NCBI GenBank assembly: GCA_009908425.1 | Contig: JAAAPF010000310.1 | Coordinates: 502-64,501, forward strand | DNA length: 64,000 bases | From: Alphaproteobacteria bacterium | GTDB taxonomy: Bacteria; Pseudomonadota; Alphaproteobacteria; Geminicoccales; Geminicoccaceae | Direction: 5' to 3' | Shown: piece by piece, positions 60,701 to 64,000 of the stretch | How the letters are laid out: each line of letters begins with the position of its first letter | Position numbering within the stretch: position 1 is the first letter of the stretch | Notes under the pieces: model-generated | What the model was told of the DNA's origin: nothing | Database searches by the model: none | Seen by the model: only the letters and a program-made list of their open reading frames with translations | Program-made: the position numbers and the translations under genes

Positions 60701-60917
60701 TCAGCTCGGTCTCCATCGGCCGCACGAGCAGGCGCTCGGCGTCCTCCGGCGAGATGCCGTCGTGGGTCATCGAGACGTAGAGGACCGGGATCTGAACATC
60801 CGGGTCCGATTCCTTGGGGATGGTGACGTAGGCGATCGTCCCGGCGACCAGGATCAGGACCAGCGCCACGAAGACCGTGCGCGAGCGCCGAAAGCTCGCC
60901 TCGATCAGGGCGTTCAT
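57759..60917 (-). CDS. RND efflux transporter permease (AcrB/HAE-type)
   Basis: 1052 aa. MNALIEASFRRSRTVFVALVLILVAGTIAY... with a 12-TM, two-large-loop architecture. ATG overlaps the MFP stop (ATGA). Confidence 0.93.
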   Translation of the reverse strand: MNALIEASFRRSRTVFVALVLILVAGTIAYVTIPKESDPDVQIPVLYVSMTHDGISPEDAERLLVRPMETELRGLEGVKEMRSTAGEGRASVALEFEAGVDIDAALADVRAQVDIAKAELPQETDEPVVEEVNLALFPVLVVTLSGDLPERTLVRVAEELQDAVEGVPQVLDVEIAGKREELVEVVIDPQKIEAFDLRADAIIESVTRNNQLVAAGTLDTGQGRFAIKVPGLFDSLADIYAMPVKAVGDTVVTLADVATVRRGFKDPESFARVNGQPALALEVSKRLGTNILDTVAAVRAVVEAAEPEFPAGLEVGFIQDTSDNIRSMLHDLQNSVLSAVALVMIVVVAALGFRSALLVGFAVPGAFLTAILAIALAGLTVNMVVLFGLILAVGMLVDGAIVVTELADRRMAEGRPRRDAYREAAQRMAWPITAATATTLAAFFPLVFWPGIVGEFMRYLPLTLLATLTASLFMALVFVPNLGAMIGGTPRRHGGEPASVGDARADPMGRARGPTRLYLAGLDRALAHPLKVLVAALVVAVGVYAAYGAFGRGIEFFPEVEPERAQVLVHARGDLSIYERDALVRQVEDRILDVDGVRAFYTNTKVRFTGEDVDADTVGLILLEFEHWRERRPAQTIMAEIEDRTADLAGVEIEVREEEQGPPTGKPVSVEVAAVRPAVLAEVTEQVRARFEGLDGLVNISDSRPVPGIEWEIDVDRTQASRYGADVTTVGPLVQLVTNGVKVGTYRPDDADEEIDIRARYPETDRGLGRLDALRLPTERGAVPLANFVQREPVPKVSEIERVDGKRVFTVAADVAPGVLADDKVRELRAWLDAEVWPAGVSFTFKGEDEEQKAAQAFLGKAFGVAMFLIAMILVTQFNSFYQSALILSAVVFSTVGVLLGLLLTGQPFGIIMSGVGVIALAGIVVNNNIVLIDTYNELRRHGLEPRDAVRRTCAQRLRPVLLTTVTTVLGLMPMALRVNVDLFTRDITVGGPSMDWWSQLASAVAGGLAFATVLTLVVTPCLLYLPVHLRSRRRRAAAPPVAGTPLPEAAD

Positions 60918-62035
60918 GCGCCGCCCTCCGCCACGACGTCGGCGTCGGGCGGGACCTCGCTCGGCGCCACCCGCTCGCCGGCGTGCACGAAGCCCTGGCC
61001 GACGACGATCAGCCGGCAGCGTTCCGGCAGGCCGGCCAGCCAGACCGCTTCGGCGTCGGCGCGGACGAGGTCGACCGGCACGAAGCGGACGACGTCGTCG
61101 CCGTCCACGGTCATGACCCCGAGGCGGTGGTCCTCGCTCAGGGTCAAGAGCGAGGCCGAGACCCGGTGCGCCATGGTCTCCGCGAAGTGCAGCCGGAGGG
61201 TCGCGCTCATCCCGGCGGGGATGCGGCCGCGCGCGTTCGGGATGGTGGCCTCGATGCGGAAGGTGCGGGTGGCCTCCTCGGCCACGCTGTCGATGTAGCT
61301 GATCCGGCCCCGATGGCGCTGCCCGTCGGCGAGCTCGACGTCCACCGGCATGCCGAGCTCGACGCGGCCGCGGTCCGTCTCGACGATCTCACCGGTGGCG
61401 AGGAACGGCTCGACCTGGATCAGATGGCCGAGCTCGTCGCCGTCGTCGACGTAATCGCCGACCTCGACCGTGCGGTCGGCCAGAACCCCGTCGAAGGGCG
61501 CTTCGACGGTGGTGTTGGCGAGCACCACCTGGCGCGCGCGCAGTTCGGCGCGTGCGGCGGCGAGCGCGGCGGCGGCGCCGGCGACGTTGGTCTCGGCCTG
61601 AAAGCCGCGCTCGCCCAGCCGGGTCGCCGCGCGGTATTCCAGCTCGCGCTGGGCGACCAGCGCCTCGGCCTGGGCCACCATCGCCTCGCGTTCGCGGCGG
61701 TCGAGCCGGAGGACGACGTCACCCGCGGCGACGCGCGCGCCCTTCTCCGCCACGACCTCCTCCACCCGGCCGTTGGTCTCGGCCCGCAGCACGACCTCGC
61801 GCTCGGGCTCGGTACGACCGTAGACGACGATCTCGCGGGCGATCGGACGGGCCTCGCTGATCGCGACGCGCACCCGCGGCAGCGCGCGCTCGGCGCTCTC
61901 GGCGTCCGCCGGGGCCGATGTCGGCGCGGCGGCGGGGACCCCGCCGACCAGTTGGCGGACCGCCGGTTGACCCGAGGCCAGCCAGACCACGAGGGCGAGC
62001 GCGAGGCCCGCGGCCAGGAGCAGCGATCGCATCAT
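60914..62035 (-). CDS. RND efflux periplasmic adaptor (membrane fusion protein)
   Basis: N-terminal anchor MMRSLLLAAGLALALVVWL, a coiled-coil hairpin (AEALVAQRELEYRAATRL...AAAALAAARAELRARQ), and lipoyl and beta-barrel motifs (VEAPFDGVLADR). Confidence 0.9.
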   Translation of the reverse strand: MMRSLLLAAGLALALVVWLASGQPAVRQLVGGVPAAAPTSAPADAESAERALPRVRVAISEARPIAREIVVYGRTEPEREVVLRAETNGRVEEVVAEKGARVAAGDVVLRLDRREREAMVAQAEALVAQRELEYRAATRLGERGFQAETNVAGAAAALAAARAELRARQVVLANTTVEAPFDGVLADRTVEVGDYVDDGDELGHLIQVEPFLATGEIVETDRGRVELGMPVDVELADGQRHRGRISYIDSVAEEATRTFRIEATIPNARGRIPAGMSATLRLHFAETMAHRVSASLLTLSEDHRLGVMTVDGDDVVRFVPVDLVRADAEAVWLAGLPERCRLIVVGQGFVHAGERVAPSEVPPDADVVAEGGA

Positions 62036-62036
62036 C

Positions 62037-62618
62037 TCAGTCTCCGGCCGCGGCGAGCGCGTCGCCGGCCTGCGGCCGACCGCTCGCGTCGCTCACCGTG
62101 ACCTCGTCGAGGAGCGTCTCGCGGTGCCGTTCGAGATAGTCCAGCGCCGCCGCGACCACGGTGCGGCCGTAGCCGAGCGCGAAGCGTTGGCCGGCGGTGA
62201 GCTGATCGTGGGTGCGGGCGTAGTGGTCGAGGTCGGCCGCGAGGCCGTCGCGGAAGCGCGCGATCATGGTGTCGAGCACGGCCGCCAGCCGCTCGGCCGG
62301 CAACAGGTGCGCGAAATACATCAAGACGAGGAATTCCGAGCGCACCACGTGGCGCGGCTCCTCGCCGACGAGCGTGCGCCCGAGCAGGTCGCGGCCGGTC
62401 GCGGTGATGCCGTAGACCCGTTTGGCGGGACGGCCCTCCTGGGCGACCTCGCGGCCGGCGACGTGGCCGGCGCGCTCGAGCTCGGCGAGCGCGGGGTAGA
62501 TCGAGCCGTAGCCGGCCCGAAAGAAGTGGTGAAAACTCTCCTCGACGGTCTTCTTGATCTCGTAGCCGGAGCGCTCCCCCATCGAGAGCACCCCCAGGCA
62601 AAGGGTCTTGACGTCCAT
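62037..62618 (-). CDS. PadR-family transcriptional regulator (two-domain type)
   Basis: LCLGVLSMGERSGYEIKKTVEESFHHFFRAGYGSIYPALAELERAGHV...RVYGITATGR is the PadR winged-helix signature. 193 aa. Its stop lies 1 nt before the MFP start. Confidence 0.85.
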   Translation of the reverse strand: MDVKTLCLGVLSMGERSGYEIKKTVEESFHHFFRAGYGSIYPALAELERAGHVAGREVAQEGRPAKRVYGITATGRDLLGRTLVGEEPRHVVRSEFLVLMYFAHLLPAERLAAVLDTMIARFRDGLAADLDHYARTHDQLTAGQRFALGYGRTVVAAALDYLERHRETLLDEVTVSDASGRPQAGDALAAAGD

Positions 62619-62649
62619 GGCTACGTCCGCGGTTGCCGGTAGCTGGATA

Positions 62650-62662
62650 TATCGAGTCGATA
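62650..62662. promoter_or_regulatory. 13-bp perfect palindrome TATCGAGTCGATA in the padR/glcD divergent spacer (candidate operator)
   Basis: It lies 32 nt upstream of the padR ATG, in the only AT-richer stretch of the spacer. PadR regulators typically autoregulate via short inverted repeats. Confidence 0.35.
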
Positions 62663-62781
62663 CATCGTGACAACGAAAACCCGGCTCGCCGCTACCTAAG
62701 GCGCACCCGGGGGTGCCGCGGCGGGTGGGTTGCGCGGCCGCCAACTGGCCTTATCCTCGCGGTCATAGAGGGAGGTGCACC

Positions 62782-64000
62782 ATGCGGATGCCTACCATCG
62801 ACGCCGGGCTCGTCGACCGCCGCCACGCCATCGCGGCCGATCTCGCCCGGCTCTGCGCCGCGCCCGAGGCCGTCATCACCGACGCCGACGAGATCCGGGC
62901 CTACGAATCCGACGGGCTCGCCGCCTACCGCCAGGTCCCCCTCGCGGTCGTCCTGCCCCGCACCACCGAGGAGGTCGCGGCGGTGATGCGCTACTGCCAC
63001 GCCCACGGTGTGCCCGTGCTCGGTCGCGGCGCGGGCACCTCGCTCGCCGGCAGCGCCATGCCCACCGCCGACGGGATCGTCCTCGGGCTGATGAAGCTGA
63101 ACCAGGTGCTCGACGTCGATTTCGACGACCGCACCGCCACGGTGCAGGCCGGCGTCACCAACATCGCGGTGAGCCAGGCCTGCGAGCACGAGGAGTTCTT
63201 CTACGCCCCGGACCCGTCGTCGCAGCTGGCCTGCTCGATCGGCGGCAACGTCGCCAACAACGCCGGGGGCGCGCACTGCCTGCGTTACGGCGTCACCACC
63301 AACAACCTCTTGGGCGTGAAGATGGTGACGGCCGAGGGCGAGATCGTCGAGCTCGGCGGCAGGCACCTCGACGCCGCCGGGCTCGACCTGCTGGGGCTGG
63401 TCTGCGGCTCGGAGGGCCAGCTCGGCATCGTCACCGAGGTCACCGTCCGCATCCTCAAGGCACCCGCCGGGGCGCGCCCGATGCTCTTGGGCTTCGCCGG
63501 CAACGAGCAGGCGGGCGCCTGCGTCGCCGCCATCATCGCCTCGGGTATCGTGCCCGTCGCGCTCGAGTTCATGGACAAACCGGCGATCCACGCCGTCGAG
63601 GCTTTCGTCGGCGCGGGCTATCCGCTCGACGTCGAGGCGGTGCTGATCTGCGAGGTCGAGGGCACCGACGACGAGATCGACGCCCTCCTCGAGCGGATCG
63701 CGCGGATCGCCGACGACTTCGATCCGAGCTACCGCCGCATCGCGGCGGACGAGGTCCAGGCCGCCGCCATCTGGAAGGGCCGCAAGTCCGCCTTCGGCGC
63801 CGTCGGCCGCATCTGCCCCGACTACATCTGCATCGACGGTACCATCCCGACCTCGAAGCTGCCCGAGACGCTGGTGCGCATCGGCGAGTTCTCCGAGCAG
63901 TACGGCTTTCGGATCGCCAACATCTTCCACGCCGGCGACGGCAATCTTCATCCGTTGATCCTCTACGACGCCAACAATCCGGGCGAACTGGAGCGGGCCG
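62782..64000 (+). CDS. glcD: Glycolate oxidase FAD-linked subunit GlcD (5' part, continues past the window end)
   Basis: Hand-translated and not on the ORF track because it has no stop: MRMPTIDAGLVDRR...VVLPRTTEEVAAVMRYCHAHGVPVLGRGAGTSLAGSAMP...GGNVANNAGGAHCLRYGVT...FHAGDGNLHPLILYD. GAGGGAGG Shine-Dalgarno before ATG 62782. Confidence 0.9.
   Translation, partial: MRMPTIDAGLVDRRHAIAADLARLCAAPEAVITDADEIRAYESDGLAAYRQVPLAVVLPRTTEEVAAVMRYCHAHGVPVLGRGAGTSLAGSAMPTADGIVLGLMKLNQVLDVDFDDRTATVQAGVTNIAVSQACEHEEFFYAPDPSSQLACSIGGNVANNAGGAHCLRYGVTTNNLLGVKMVTAEGEIVELGGRHLDAAGLDLLGLVCGSEGQLGIVTEVTVRILKAPAGARPMLLGFAGNEQAGACVAAIIASGIVPVALEFMDKPAIHAVEAFVGAGYPLDVEAVLICEVEGTDDEIDALLERIARIADDFDPSYRRIAADEVQAAAIWKGRKSAFGAVGRICPDYICIDGTIPTSKLPETLVRIGEFSEQYGFRIANIFHAGDGNLHPLILYDANNPGELERA

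Noticed and set aside
57738-61298. 1186-aa plus-strand ORF
   Set aside because: It is antisense to the RND permease and MFP genes and is H/R/D/G-rich low-complexity sequence.
62692-63951. 419-aa minus-strand ORF
   Set aside because: It is antisense to glcD. glcD is absent from the track only because it has no stop inside the window. The plus-strand translation is a clear FAD-linked oxidase.

Overview
This is a high-GC (about 70%) alphaproteobacterial chromosomal segment, almost entirely coding (about 60 genes) and mostly conserved housekeeping synteny.

**Gene order, left to right**
- Carboxylesterase, addB, addA, trxA and a coupled exported ORF, all on the minus strand.
- gluQ, a Gfo/Idh/MocA oxidoreductase and an M19 dipeptidase.
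- A TAXI-type TRAP transporter operon ending in a universal stress protein (Usp) gene.
- A sulfhydrogenase-type (group 3b-like) [NiFe]-hydrogenase operon.
- A cytochrome c maturation cluster, ccmD-like/E/F/G/H/I.
- glnD-murJ-trpS, a DUF2333-like gene, an Nfu-type gene, tsaB and rimI.
- A TusA-like gene divergent from a MucR/Ros gene.
- miaB-phoH-ybeY-corC-lnt, a damaged XRE gene, metK-trmB.
- rimP-nusA-ylxR-infB-rbfA-truB-rpsO-pnp.
- A nitronate monooxygenase (NMO)-family flavoprotein, irr, a bchJ-like V4R gene, an SH3-like protein and a 2-hydroxyacid dehydrogenase.
- A PadR, membrane fusion protein (MFP) and RND efflux operon, then the 5' part of glcD.

I found no rRNA, tRNA, CRISPR array, transposase or integrase. 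I also found no recognisable defence or toxin-antitoxin module.

**Most noteworthy observations**
1. A stand-alone cNMP-binding-domain ORF sits between the beta and gamma subunits of the hydrogenase, locked in by 4-nt overlaps on both sides.
2. The conserved lnt-metK XRE regulator is interrupted by two in-frame TAG codons.
3. A 50-codon ccmD-like gene is absent from the ORF track.
4. A 379-bp convergent spacer carries two long hairpins.
5. A MucR/Ros homologue lacks two of the four zinc ligands.
6. phoH apparently starts at CTG within a CTGA overlap.
7. A bchJ-like gene lies directly behind irr.

All family calls rest on motifs and remembered homologues. No BLAST or HMM search could be run. 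Many very long ORFs on the track are antisense or run-on artefacts of the high GC content.
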